From an uncultured delta proteobacterium (GTDB taxonomy: Bacteria > Myxococcota_A > Polyangia > Fen-1088): 64,000 nucleotides of DNA. The notes below the pieces were generated by a model that saw nothing but the letters and a program-made list of their open reading frames with translations, was not told the DNA's origin and made no database searches. A program made the position numbers and the translations under genes. Where the stretch lies: positions 193,199 to 257,198 of the forward strand of contig CAWKJE010000012.1 in assembly GCA_963849735.1 (NCBI GenBank), written 5' to 3'. Below, one piece after another: positions 20,325 through 29,622 of the stretch. Position 1 is the first letter of the stretch. Each line of letters opens with the position of its first letter.

Positions 20325-20929
20325 GGTCGCGCTGGGCGGGGGGGAAGGATGGTGGCGACCCCAAGGGCCGGCACCCCCATGGGTCGGGTGGAGTGGCGGG
20401 GCCAGGGCACGCCCGGTGCGAGCGCCGATGCTTGCGCGTTGGCGCGAGGCAGGTAGAGCGGACGCTGGTCGGGGGCCAGGGTCATGGGGGGCTTCACCTC
20501 CAGGTTGCACAGGCGTTTGAGATTGCGGGCGATGGCCAGCTCGGCCGCGACCATCGGCTCGACCCGGGCGCCCAGGGCGAAGGATAGGTTGTCAAGGAGC
20601 TGAACGTCCTGCGGCGTGGCCATCGCGACCACGATCCTGGTGATACCCGATCGGGTGGCGACGAGCGGGATGGCCATGAAGCGCGCGGCAAGCTCGGGCT
20701 TGAGCAGGCTGACCACGCGGGCGTCGGCTTTGTCGAAGTGGCGTTGCAAGGCAGCCGGCAGGCGCAGCTGTCGGCTTAGGGCCTCGGACACTTGGTCGGT
20801 GGTCAGAAGCCCCTTCTCGACGAGCTGGGTCCCGAGCCGCGCCGCCGGGCCATCGCGGTTAGCGATTACCAGGTTGAGCTGTTCAGGAGCAAGCCAACCG
20901 AGCTCTAGGAGGATTTCGCCGAGTTTCAT
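20321..20929 (-). CDS. MshEN / T2SS-E N-terminal domain protein (putative c-di-GMP-binding module) with a Pro-rich C-terminal tail
   Basis: MKLGEILLELGWLAPEQLNLVIAN...RLGTQLVEKGLLTTDQVSEALSRQLRLP...LLKPELAARFMAIPLV closely follows the T2SE_Nter/MshEN pattern. Confidence 0.65.
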   Translation of the reverse strand: MKLGEILLELGWLAPEQLNLVIANRDGPAARLGTQLVEKGLLTTDQVSEALSRQLRLPAALQRHFDKADARVVSLLKPELAARFMAIPLVATRSGITRIVVAMATPQDVQLLDNLSFALGARVEPMVAAELAIARNLKRLCNLEVKPPMTLAPDQRPLYLPRANAQASALAPGVPWPRHSTRPMGVPALGVATILPPRPARP

Positions 20930-21140
20930 CGCAGGGCCACGGAAGGAGGTTCAGGGCCAGATTCTCGCAGGTGAAGGCATGATAGACCAGACCTCTTCTA
21001 CCAAGGCTCGTGCCCAACTTGAAGGCCGAACGACGGGCGAAGGGCGGCGCGAGATTTAGGCTGTACACGCGAATTTATGGGCCGTCGTGTCATGAGGCTT
21101 CAGGCTTCAAGCTAAAGGCTCCAGGCTAAAGTGGTGGATC

Positions 21141-21974
21141 ATGAGTCGAGATCCTGAAGGTTCGCAGCGCCCGCAGCCTGCGGCCTGCGGCCTGCGGCCG
21201 TCTCGGGTTGCGGGCGCAGAGCGTGTTGGAAAGGATGCTGGGGCTTGCTCTGGCGCCGCCGGTCGCCATCTTGCACCGGCGCTCGTGCCGCGACGCGCTC
21301 CATTGCCGGTCGTCTTCGAAACCCTGTTGGCTGCCTACGGTCCGCAGGGTTGGTGGCCTTTGCTCGGCCACCCGGGCAAGAACCCTACCTCGACCGGGCG
21401 GCTCACGGGTTATCACCCGGGGGATTTCAGCTATCCCAGGAGCGACGGCCAGAGGTTCGAGATTTGCGTGGGCGCGGTGCTCACCCAGAACACCGCCTGG
21501 GGCAACGTGGAGCGCGCTCTTGCCCTGCTCGAGCGAGCGGGCTTGCTCTCGCCGACGGGCATTTTGGCCGCTTCCGCGCAGGCCCTCGAGGTGGCGATTC
21601 GGCCGTCGGGGTATTTCCGCGTCAAGAGCAGGAAGCTACGCGAGCTGGCACGCTTCTACCTGGAGCTTGGGGGACGCACCCCCAGCCGCACCCAACTGCT
21701 CGCGGTGTGGGGCATCGGACCGGAAACGGCCGACAGCATCAGGCTATACGCCTACGGGCAGCGCGAAATGGTGGTCGATGCTTACACGATTCGCGTGCTC
21801 GGCCATCACGGTCTATGCCGAGGCCCCATGGACTATGACCGGGCCAAGCGCTTCTGTGTCGATGGCTGGCAGGGGTCTGTGGCGGAGTACCAGGAGCTCC
21901 ATGCTCTCATGGTGGAACATGCCAAGAGGTTGCGGGGCTCCGAGCGCGGGCCTCGCCCGCAAACCAAGCAGTAG
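21141..21974 (+). CDS. HhH-GPD superfamily DNA glycosylase (endonuclease III-like, no Fe-S cluster motif)
   Basis: VLTQNTAW, the helix-hairpin-helix LLAVWGIGPETADSI and the catalytic Asp region VDAYTIRV are present. There is no C-terminal Cys4 cluster. The start is uncertain. Confidence 0.65.
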   Translation: MSRDPEGSQRPQPAACGLRPSRVAGAERVGKDAGACSGAAGRHLAPALVPRRAPLPVVFETLLAAYGPQGWWPLLGHPGKNPTSTGRLTGYHPGDFSYPRSDGQRFEICVGAVLTQNTAWGNVERALALLERAGLLSPTGILAASAQALEVAIRPSGYFRVKSRKLRELARFYLELGGRTPSRTQLLAVWGIGPETADSIRLYAYGQREMVVDAYTIRVLGHHGLCRGPMDYDRAKRFCVDGWQGSVAEYQELHALMVEHAKRLRGSERGPRPQTKQ

Positions 21975-22010
21975 CGTTAAGGAGTCATCCAGTAGCGTTA
22001 AGGAGTCGTC
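21969..22010. repeat. 21-bp tandem duplication (CAGTAGCGTTAAGGAGTC(A/G)TC x2) spanning the HhH-GPD stop codon
   Basis: Read directly. The duplication copies the TAG stop and an AAGGAG sequence. Confidence 0.7.
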
Positions 22011-22041
22011 GCGCGCAGGGCAGACGGAGCGTCGTGGCAGC

Positions 22042-22929
22042 TCAGCGGAGGATCTTGGCCAGCACGGTGTCGAGCTCATCGAGCGAGTGGTAGAAAATCT
22101 CGAGCCGCCCGCTCTTGGCGGTCGACTCGACCAGCTTGACCTTGGTCGCCAGGGCATGCTCGAGCCGGCGCACCAGGTCGCGCGCGGCCGGCGACGGTGG
22201 TGGCGCGGCGGGCGGGGGCTGGTCGTTTGCGCGTTCGCGCTTGACCAAAGCTTCCACCTGCCTTACGGACAGGCCTCGGCTCGCCGCCTGCCGCGCTACT
22301 CGCTCGATGGCGGGATCGCTCTCCAGGCCGAGCAGGGCGCGGGCGTGCCCCATGTTCAGGCGGCCGTCGATGACCATGGCGCGGACGGCGGGCGGCAGCT
22401 TCAAGAGGCGTAGCGCATTTGCCACGGTGCTGCGGTCCTTGCCCACCCGGGCCGACAGCGACTCTTGCGTGTAGCCGAACTCGGCGACCAGACGTTGGTA
22501 GCCTTCCGCCTCCTCTATGGGGTTGAGATCCTCGCGCTGCAGGTTCTCGACCAGTGCCATCTCGAAAGCCTGCGATTCGGCCACCTCGCGCACCACCGCC
22601 GGGACTTGGTGCAGGCCCGCTCGCTGCGCCGCCCGCCAGCGCCTCTCGCCCGCGATGAGCTCGAAGCCGCCCCCGGCCCGCGCCCGCACCACCAGCGGTT
22701 GGATGATGCCTTGGCTGCGGATGGACTCGGCCAGCTCGTCGAGGCGGGCGTCGTCGAAATGCTTGCGCGGCTGCTTGGTCGAGGGCCTGATGCTCTCGAT
22801 ATCGAGGCTGCGCAAGCCCGAGCCCGCCGGTCCTGCTCCGCCGGGTCCGGGAACCGGATCGCCCGATGCGGGGATCAAGGCGGCCAGTCCACGACCCAGG
22901 GCTTGGCGCTTGCCAGCGGTGGTAGTCAC
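22042..22929 (-). CDS. parB: Chromosome partitioning protein ParB
   Basis: LGRGLAALIP, the ParB box GERRWRAAQRAGL and the HTH region are present. GTG start at 22929 overlaps the parA stop (GTGA). Confidence 0.85.
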   Translation of the reverse strand: MTTTAGKRQALGRGLAALIPASGDPVPGPGGAGPAGSGLRSLDIESIRPSTKQPRKHFDDARLDELAESIRSQGIIQPLVVRARAGGGFELIAGERRWRAAQRAGLHQVPAVVREVAESQAFEMALVENLQREDLNPIEEAEGYQRLVAEFGYTQESLSARVGKDRSTVANALRLLKLPPAVRAMVIDGRLNMGHARALLGLESDPAIERVARQAASRGLSVRQVEALVKRERANDQPPPAAPPPSPAARDLVRRLEHALATKVKLVESTAKSGRLEIFYHSLDELDTVLAKILR

Positions 22930-23726
22930 GCGGGTTCTTCCCCCTGGGCCACGCGCGCATGGCGGACCAGAAATTCTCGGGCGGCCTCCATGTAGCTCTT
23001 GGCTCCCTTGGAGGCGACATCGTAGAGCAATATCGGCTTGCCAAAGGAGGGGGCCTCGGAGAGGCGGACGTTGCGCGGGATGGGGGTGTCGTAGACCAGG
23101 CCGGCGAAGTGCTTGCGCACCTCGGCCGCGACCTGCTCGGCCAGGTTCTGCCGCATGTCGACCATGCACAGGAGTATGCCTTCGATGCCCAGGCCGGGGT
23201 TGAGCGAACGCCCCACCAGGTTGATGGTGGCGCGCAGGTCGGATAAGCCCTCGAGCGCGTAATATTCGCACTGCAGGGGGACCAGCACGCCGTCAGCCGC
23301 GCACAGGGCGTTCAAGGTCAGCAGGCCCAGCGAGGGAGGGGTGTCGATGATGATGAAGTCGTAGTCGGGTGCGGCGATGCGCAGCGGGTCGCGCAGTTTC
23401 ATCTCCCGTTCGGAGAGAGCGCAGAGCTCGATCTCGGCCCCGGCCAGGTCCTGCCCGGACGAAACAATCTTGAGGAAGGGCAGCTCGGTCGGGCGGGTGA
23501 CCTCGGCGATCGATTTGCGACCGATGAGGACGTCATAGATGCTGCCGTCGTTGGCCCCCGCTGTCTGACGTACGTGGCCAAGACCGGAGGTGGCGTTGCC
23601 CTGCGGATCCATGTCGACCACGAGGAGGCGTTTCTCGGCCACGGCGAGCGACGCCGCCAAGTTGACTGCGGTCGTCGTCTTACCGACTCCGCCCTTCTGG
23701 TTCGCTACCGCGATGACCCGACCCAT
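22926..23726 (-). CDS. parA: Chromosome partitioning ATPase ParA/Soj
   Basis: MGRVIAVANQKGGVGKTTTAVNLAASLA deviant Walker A. Start trimmed to ATG 23726. Confidence 0.85.
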   Translation of the reverse strand: MGRVIAVANQKGGVGKTTTAVNLAASLAVAEKRLLVVDMDPQGNATSGLGHVRQTAGANDGSIYDVLIGRKSIAEVTRPTELPFLKIVSSGQDLAGAEIELCALSEREMKLRDPLRIAAPDYDFIIIDTPPSLGLLTLNALCAADGVLVPLQCEYYALEGLSDLRATINLVGRSLNPGLGIEGILLCMVDMRQNLAEQVAAEVRKHFAGLVYDTPIPRNVRLSEAPSFGKPILLYDVASKGAKSYMEAAREFLVRHARVAQGEEPA

Positions 23727-24019
23727 GAAATTGAACAGTAGTCGCCCGAGTCCCCCAAGTCCGTTGAGGGAGCATCCTCCTATCATCAACCTCCTGCGCT
23801 TTTCAATCGGGCAAATCATCGGACGGGCGAACATCGATCGTGGCCCGGGCAGGCTAGGAGGCGGGCGGAGCGAGGGTAGCAGCTGGCCGGGCGGATCTTT
23901 TCGTTGTCTTACGCGGGCCGGGCGACTCGCTGGCAAGAGAGGAAAAATTTGACGTCGGCGGTAGCGGTTGTACTACTTGTACCTACATGTAGCCCAATTC
24001 CCTAGATCAGGAGGCCACG

Positions 24020-24199
24020 ATGAACGGCGACCAGAGAATCTACCGAACTTTCGAAGAATTCGAGCGCGAGGAGCTGCGCCGCGCGGACGGCATGAGCTCG
24101 ACTATGGACGAGCTTCTGGGTGACGCCTGCGACGAAGAGCTCGATTTCGACGCCGCACCAAAGCGGGGCCGGGCTGCGCAGGACGACGAAGACTCCTAG
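24020..24199 (+). CDS. Small acidic protein (59 aa), hypothetical
   Basis: A CAGGAGG ribosome-binding site lies 6 nt before the ATG. MNGDQRIYRTFEEFEREELRRADGMSSTMDELLGDACDEELDFDAAPKRGRAAQDDEDS. Below the 60-aa cutoff of the ORF track. Confidence 0.4.
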   Translation: MNGDQRIYRTFEEFEREELRRADGMSSTMDELLGDACDEELDFDAAPKRGRAAQDDEDS

Positions 24200-24228
24200 A
24201 CGAATGCTGACATAAAGAACCTGTCAGG

Positions 24229-24561
24229 GTCCCTCTCAGGGTCCTTTTAATCGCGTGAGCGCTGGCGGGCTTTGCCCGGCAGCGCTCTGCGCGCGGGAGA
24301 CACAGAGGTCCCTCTCAGGGTCCTTTTAATCGCGTGAGCGCTGGCGGGCTTTGCCCGGCAGCGCTCTGCGCGCGGGAGACACAGAGGTCCCTCTCAGGGT
24401 CCTTTTAATCGCGTGAGCGCTGGCGGGCTTTGCCCGGCAGCGCTCTGCGCGCGGGAGACACAGAGGTCCCTCTCAGGGTCCTTTTAATCGCGTGAGCGCT
24501 GGCGGGCTTTGCCCGGCAGCGCTCTGCGCGGGGGATATAAAGGACCCTCTCAGGGTCCTTT
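24229..24561. repeat. 79-bp tandem repeat array: 3 identical copies plus 1 diverged terminal copy. Each unit has a GC hairpin (gcgctggcgggc-ttt-gcccggcagcgc) and an AGGGTCC motif. The array ends in a perfect copy of the palindromic element.
   Basis: The period of 79 was measured from the cctctcagg positions 24232/24311/24390/24469. There are no spacers, so this is not CRISPR. The array sits in the convergent region between the small acidic ORF and the GT-C gene, about 0.5 kb from parA. Confidence 0.85.
24539..24561. repeat. Palindromic element copy 2 (aaaggaccc-tctca-gggtccttt); its loop supplies the TGA stop of the GT-C gene
   Basis: Minus-strand reading gives ...ACA AAA GGA CCC TGA = T K G P stop. 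Coordinates checked base by base. Confidence 0.75.
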
Positions 24562-26142
24562 TGTAAATCGGCAGCTCTTCCAGCGCAGAATGCGCACGCC
24601 ATCGACGTTGGCGACCAGTTGGTAGTTGTCGGCGACGAACTTCGCCATGCGGGGATAGTTTTCGAGGGGGAACTCGCGCCAGTTGGCGAAGGCCTTGCTC
24701 GCATCGAGGAAGTACGTCGCCGGTCCGCTCGCCAGATCCGCCATCAATTGATCCCAATGCTCGGGGTTGATGATGCGGACAGCCTTGGTCTTGCCCGAAC
24801 GGATGGCCCAGTTGCCCGGGACATAGCCGCAGATGGTGGCGTACGGTCCCACGAAGCGGCTCGCCGAGGGCAACTGGGCGGGGTAGACGAACATGGGTCC
24901 GGGCCCCCAGGAGAACATGGAGGCACCGGCGAAGCAGGCATCGCTCTTCATGACCTGGGCCACCCGCCGGTAGATGCTCTTGTGCTCTTCCCAGCGGAAC
25001 TCGTGGCCGCTGAGGTAGAGGACGCCGTTGGCCGCGCTGAAGCAGAGCAGGCTGGCCAACGCGTAGCCCAGCATGAGCTTGGCCAGTCGGGACCAGGGAG
25101 GGCGAAAGAGCTCTGCGAACCACGGACCGGTGGCCAGGGCCAGGGGCACGTAGAAGGGCACGAAGTAGTGGGGGTACATGCGGAAGCCGATGAAGGCAAT
25201 CGGCAGCGAGGCGAGCAGGAGACCCCAGGTCGTGACCTGCTGGTGGCGCGTGAGCAGGCGCGCGGCTCGGGGCAGCCATAGCCAGAGGCCGAGGGTCGCG
25301 GCCAGGAAGGGGACGAAGTACTTGAGGAACCGGAGCAGCACTTCGCCGATCGCCATCGGCTGCTGGGCGTACCTGAAATTATAGGTCAAGGTCCAGTAGA
25401 TGAGCTGCGCGGCCTCTCCGCGCAGGGCAAAGAACCCCCAGGTTGCCAAGAGCGGGGCGGCTGTCCCGGCGAGCAGCATGAGCGCGGCCAGGGCGGCCCC
25501 CTTGCGCCCGCGCGCAGCGCAGACCGCGGCTACTAGCAGTGCCGGCAGCCAGGCGACGGCCTGTTGCTTGAACAGCGCGGCCAAGCCCAAGAGGACGCCG
25601 GCGAGAAAGAGGAAGCCGGGTGCGGCGGCCCGGCGCTCGTCGCGCAAGAGAGCCACCGCCCAGGTGGCAGGCAGGAGAAGGAGCAGCTCGCAGTTGACCG
25701 CGTGCATGTCATGGGCCAGGTACGCGGCGCTGGCCACCAGGAAGACCAGGCCCGCCAGCAAGCCCTGCCGGTTGTGGCGATAGAACGAGGAAACCCCCAG
25801 GGCGATGAGGGGCACGGTGACGAGCACCGTGAGGAGGTGCACGGCCAACATGCCCCGCCCGAAGAGCAGCTGAGCAGCTGCGTAGTAGAGGTAGAGGAGG
25901 GGGGGCTTGTTGTCCACGAAGCCGAGGTAGAGGTGGCGCCCGCGCAAGAGCTCCCAGGACCCGACGACGTGGGTGGCCTCGTCGACATCGAGGATGTCGA
26001 CGCCCATCAGGAATCCGCGGGTGGCCAGGCTGACCAGCAGGAAGAGAAGCGCGGCGGCGGTTCTGGGCCGGCGCTGGGCTAAGCTCGCGCAGCGCTGGCT
26101 CAGCCGCGATGCCAGCTGGCGCAGGCGTAGCACGGCCTTCAT
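24550..26142 (-). CDS. GT-C fold glycosyltransferase (ArnT/PMT_2-like, polyprenyl-phosphate-sugar dependent)
   Basis: Multi-TM protein with a first-loop DE motif and ...DILDVDEATHVV...FVDNKPPLLYLYYAAA..., which matches the ArnT/PMT_2 hyEKPPL pattern. ATG at 26142 overlaps the radical SAM stop (ATGA). Confidence 0.65.
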   Translation of the reverse strand: MKAVLRLRQLASRLSQRCASLAQRRPRTAAALLFLLVSLATRGFLMGVDILDVDEATHVVGSWELLRGRHLYLGFVDNKPPLLYLYYAAAQLLFGRGMLAVHLLTVLVTVPLIALGVSSFYRHNRQGLLAGLVFLVASAAYLAHDMHAVNCELLLLLPATWAVALLRDERRAAAPGFLFLAGVLLGLAALFKQQAVAWLPALLVAAVCAARGRKGAALAALMLLAGTAAPLLATWGFFALRGEAAQLIYWTLTYNFRYAQQPMAIGEVLLRFLKYFVPFLAATLGLWLWLPRAARLLTRHQQVTTWGLLLASLPIAFIGFRMYPHYFVPFYVPLALATGPWFAELFRPPWSRLAKLMLGYALASLLCFSAANGVLYLSGHEFRWEEHKSIYRRVAQVMKSDACFAGASMFSWGPGPMFVYPAQLPSASRFVGPYATICGYVPGNWAIRSGKTKAVRIINPEHWDQLMADLASGPATYFLDASKAFANWREFPLENYPRMAKFVADNYQLVANVDGVRILRWKSCRFTKGP

Positions 26143-27092
26143 GGCTCGGACCGCGCGGGCGCCTTGCGCCCCGAGGGGCGATGGCGGAGGAAGTACCAGG
26201 CGGCGGCGAGGCCGAAGCGTGCCTTGCGCAATGGTCCCAGGCCGCCGAGCCCAGGCCAGAAAAGATTGCAGGTGGCGCAAGGCGCGAGCGAGCGGCGCTT
26301 ACCGGCCCATAGTCCTTCCCGGTAGCGGGTGGCCATCTTGCCCCGATAGATGTCGAGGAGGCGCTCGCTTTTGGCATCACCCCAGGCGAATTCGCCCTCT
26401 TGATCCATGCAGCACAAGGTCACCACCCCATTGGAGAGAATGTCCAGGCGATCGAGGTGCTCGCAGGGGAAGCCGGGCACCGGCAGCTTGCTCTGCACGT
26501 TGCCCTTGTAGTTGAACAGCCCCACGATGAAGTGTTCCACGCCCATGCGCCGGCAAAGCGCGATGAAGTCATCCTGCTCTTCCAGCGAGGTTTCATCCGA
26601 GCGCAACATGCGAAAGGTTATGCGCCTCGCCACCCGCGAGCGGCGCTTGGGATCGGCGAGGTAGCGGAGATTGTCGAGGGTGCGCTCGAGGTCGAGCCCG
26701 ATATCGCGCCGATAACGCTCGGGATCGGTAGTGTTGAGGCTGATGAAAAGGTGATCGAGGTTGAGCTCGCAGAGCGCGTCGGTGCGGGCAGGCAAGAGCG
26801 CGTGGCCATTGGAGTAGAGGCGCAACTTGGTGCTGGGCAGACGGCGAGAGATGAGCTCGAGGCGAGGGAGGATTTTCGGATCGGCGAACGGCTCGCCCTG
26901 CAGGAAAGGCTCGATGGCGGCCAGGGGAAACTCGCGGCATTGTTCGACGATGCTCGCGAAAAGCTCGTCCGTCATGTGCTCGCGGCCGCGCGCCAGCGCG
27001 GCGTTGGGACAGAAGACACACCGGGCGTTGCAATAGTTGGTCGTCTCGATGGCGACCAGACGAGGAAACTGTGTGCGGTCGCGGAAGCTCAT
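26139..27092 (-). CDS. Radical SAM enzyme
   Basis: TNYCNARCVFCPN carries the CxxxCxxC motif. Further Cys pairs at the C-terminus (LCCMDQ, CATCNLF) could form a SPASM/twitch-like auxiliary cluster. ATGA overlap with the upstream GT32 gene. Confidence 0.75.
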   Translation of the reverse strand: MSFRDRTQFPRLVAIETTNYCNARCVFCPNAALARGREHMTDELFASIVEQCREFPLAAIEPFLQGEPFADPKILPRLELISRRLPSTKLRLYSNGHALLPARTDALCELNLDHLFISLNTTDPERYRRDIGLDLERTLDNLRYLADPKRRSRVARRITFRMLRSDETSLEEQDDFIALCRRMGVEHFIVGLFNYKGNVQSKLPVPGFPCEHLDRLDILSNGVVTLCCMDQEGEFAWGDAKSERLLDIYRGKMATRYREGLWAGKRRSLAPCATCNLFWPGLGGLGPLRKARFGLAAAWYFLRHRPSGRKAPARSEP

Positions 27093-28172
27093 GGCACGCC
27101 CGAGCTCTCCGGCCATTGCCCGGCGAAGGCGGCGTGGCTGGCCAGGTAGGCGAACAGCTGGCGATCCTGCATGTGCCTCAAGTCGTCATCGCTTTGCGGA
27201 ATCGAACGGGCGATGGTGCCGTTGCTGCTCCAGTGCACGGCATAGGCAAAACCCGCCACGCGCTTGGCCAGCCGGGCCACCGCCCTGGCGTTATAGGTGC
27301 GGAAGTACTGGAAGGTCATGGTCGGTCCGAGGGGCGAAAAGCAGCGCGGGGGCAGGATGGTGAGGTCGGGGTAGTGGTTTTCCTCGATCAGATCCTGCAA
27401 CGCGTCCGGACCCAGCAGGGAGTAGCGCCGGGGGCGGTCCTGATAGCGCTCGGCGATGCGCAGGAGCACGTCGCGCATGAGCGGATGTCCGGGACGGAAG
27501 CCCATGATGGCATTGTGAACGGCGCGCACGTACAGCCCGGAAATCGCCTGGAAGAGCGGCACGCCCAGGGCGAAGCGGGAACAGAGGCTGCGCGCCAAGG
27601 TCAAGGGACCGGTGCGCAGGTAGCGCCAGCGCGAATTGCGTCGCCAAATCTTGCTCGAAACCAGGATGTGCTCCTCGGCCAGGAAGGCGGAGCTCTTGCG
27701 CAAAGGCGCCATGTCGCGCAGGGCGATAGTATCGGTATCGAGATAGATTCCTCCGCGCAAGTACAGGTTGAGGCTGCGCAGCAGATCGGATACCGAGCTA
27801 TAGAAGTTGCGCTCTTTGAGAAAGCGATTGGCCGCGAGCAACTGCTCGGTGCAGGGCAGGCCAGCCTGGTCGAGCCAGGCCGGCAGGTCGATATCGATGG
27901 GCTCGAGGCACTCCACCTCGCGCCGCAGGCGCAGAAAGTTGGGCACCTTGTCCAGGGCGGGGGTCTTGAAGAGCAGGATGCGTCCCGGCCGACGAGCGCA
28001 TGGCCAGCGAGCGTATGGCCAGGTAGGCCGAGTAGGGCAAGAAATTGTCGTCCCAGACGAAGAGGAATTGGTCGGGGATCTCGACCTTGTTCTGGCCGTG
28101 CTCGGGGCTCTCGATCTTGTCTTGGCCGTGATGGGCGGGGGAGCCGGCCGGGTTTTCGCCAGTTTGCTCCAT
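27089..28172 (-). pseudogene. GT32-family glycosyltransferase (DXD sugar-binding region, Och1/alpha-1,4-galactosyltransferase-like) with an apparent -1/+1 frameshift near 27960-28010
   Basis: The N-terminal motif IPDQFLFVWDDNFLPYSAYLAIRS is in the frame of ORF 27798..28172. The downstream GGIYLDTD DXD motif is in the frame of ORF 27089..28177. The junction sits at a small duplication gcatggccagcgagcgtatggccag. Confidence 0.5.
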
Positions 28173-28178
28173 GACAAC

Positions 28179-29618
28179 CTACGTTATGGCCACGGCTTCG
28201 CCGTCAAGGCCGGCGGGCAGGGGCTTACCCAGCTCCGCCAGGATGGAGGGAAAGAGGTCGACGGAGCGCAGTCGGTCCCGCGCCCAGCGCCCGTTGGTCA
28301 AGGCCGGGACGAGGATGTGATCGCGGTGCAGACCGCCGTGGGAACCGTGGTGGGGCTGATATTCGAAGCGCGCGCGCAGATCGAAGCCGTGGCGGGCGCA
28401 CACCACCAGATCGCCGGCGCGCGGCGAACGGAAGAACTCGACTACCTGCCAAGGGGCGTCGGGGTAGTCCGAGCCCAGGGTAAGATCGGCAATCTCGTTC
28501 TTGTCAGCGATATTCGGAGAGCCCTGGTAGCCGAGCGGATGCTTGCCCTCGCAGCTCATGTGCAGCAGGGGGTGGCCGTCGGAGCTCGCCTCCACCTTGA
28601 TGCGCAAGGTACCGTCACGGCTGGCGAGCGCGTAGCCGCCCTGCGCGTCGCGGTAGATGACGTGCTCGACCGCCTCGTGCGCGAGTAGGCGCGCCTTCAG
28701 CTCGGCGGCCCGCGATCCGGGGGCTTCGAAATCCGGCCTTTCGCGCCAGCCCTGGGCCCCCTGCAGGTAGACGTTGGCCATGGAGTTGCCCGAAACCATA
28801 ACCGCCGCTTGCGCGCTCAAGGAGAAGCGCCAGATTTCGGGGTAGCAGAATGTGCGCGGATAGGTCTTTGCCACCAGAGCATCGATCGAGACGTGGGTGT
28901 GCGTCGGCGTTTGCCCGTGGTCCGACGAGATCACGATGAGGGTGTCGTCGGCACGGCGCAAGCGCGCCAGGGTGTCCTGGATGCGGCCCAGGGCGCGATC
29001 GAAGCGCCGGTAGGCCTCACAAGTCGGTTCGGCCAGGGGGCCGAAACGATGGCCAAGCTCGTCGATGGCCGGAAACACGGCGTGGGCCGAGGTAAAGCCC
29101 TGCTCGAGAGCGCGGGTGAGCGCCCGTTCGGCCTGGTCTTGCGAGGCCTGCCAGTCGTGGGTGACGAGAGCGCGCGCGAAGGCGGCGGCTTTCGACCAGC
29201 GGGTTCGCCGCGCCCCGGCCGGGCAGCCGCGCACGAACCAGGAGTTGATGTCGGCCATGTCGGGAATGTGGGAAAAGAGCGTGCTCACCGACGTGGTGAT
29301 ATCGCGCTCCAGCTTCCAGGTCCGGAAGGGCGCCATATAGGAACGGGTGCGGCCGAAGAAGCGGCCTTTCTGGGTCGGTCGCTCGGCCCAGCGTATGCCG
29401 GGTAGATTGGCCGCCCCCGGGTGCACTCCGGCCAGGAGGGGGAGGTGGGCCGGCCCGCTTACGCTGGGGAAGACCGAGGTGGCGGAGGCCATGCCGCCCC
29501 AATCGATGAAATGTCGTTTGAGGATGGGCAGCTCGCCCGCCCGGGCCAGGCGGTCAACCACGTCGGCGCGGGCGCCGTCGATGAGTATGGCCAGAACTGC
29601 CTTGCGTGACACCGACAC
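28179..29618 (-). CDS. Alkaline-phosphatase-superfamily type I phosphodiesterase/nucleotide pyrophosphatase-like enzyme
   Basis: VLAILIDGARADVV, TSVFPSVSGPAHLPLLAGVHP and VISSDHGQT match the AP-superfamily metal-ligand segments. Confidence 0.65.
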   Translation of the reverse strand: MSVSRKAVLAILIDGARADVVDRLARAGELPILKRHFIDWGGMASATSVFPSVSGPAHLPLLAGVHPGAANLPGIRWAERPTQKGRFFGRTRSYMAPFRTWKLERDITTSVSTLFSHIPDMADINSWFVRGCPAGARRTRWSKAAAFARALVTHDWQASQDQAERALTRALEQGFTSAHAVFPAIDELGHRFGPLAEPTCEAYRRFDRALGRIQDTLARLRRADDTLIVISSDHGQTPTHTHVSIDALVAKTYPRTFCYPEIWRFSLSAQAAVMVSGNSMANVYLQGAQGWRERPDFEAPGSRAAELKARLLAHEAVEHVIYRDAQGGYALASRDGTLRIKVEASSDGHPLLHMSCEGKHPLGYQGSPNIADKNEIADLTLGSDYPDAPWQVVEFFRSPRAGDLVVCARHGFDLRARFEYQPHHGSHGGLHRDHILVPALTNGRWARDRLRSVDLFPSILAELGKPLPAGLDGEAVAIT

Positions 29619-29622
29619 GAAG

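Noticed and set aside
20321-20345. Poly-G (G7) frameshift joining the MshEN and GAF ORFs into one gene
   Set aside because: A clean GTGA start/stop overlap explains the two ORFs without invoking an error. It is kept as an alternative in the findings.
24229-24561. 79-bp tandem array considered as a CRISPR array
   Set aside because: The units are directly adjacent with no unique spacers between them, and no cas genes are nearby. It is a plain tandem repeat.
22042-24600. Canonical parS (TGTTTCACGTGAAACA) near parAB
   Set aside because: Not found by eye in this stretch. The only TGTTTCACG half-site seen is at about 16251 and lacks the second half. This cannot be excluded without a proper scan.
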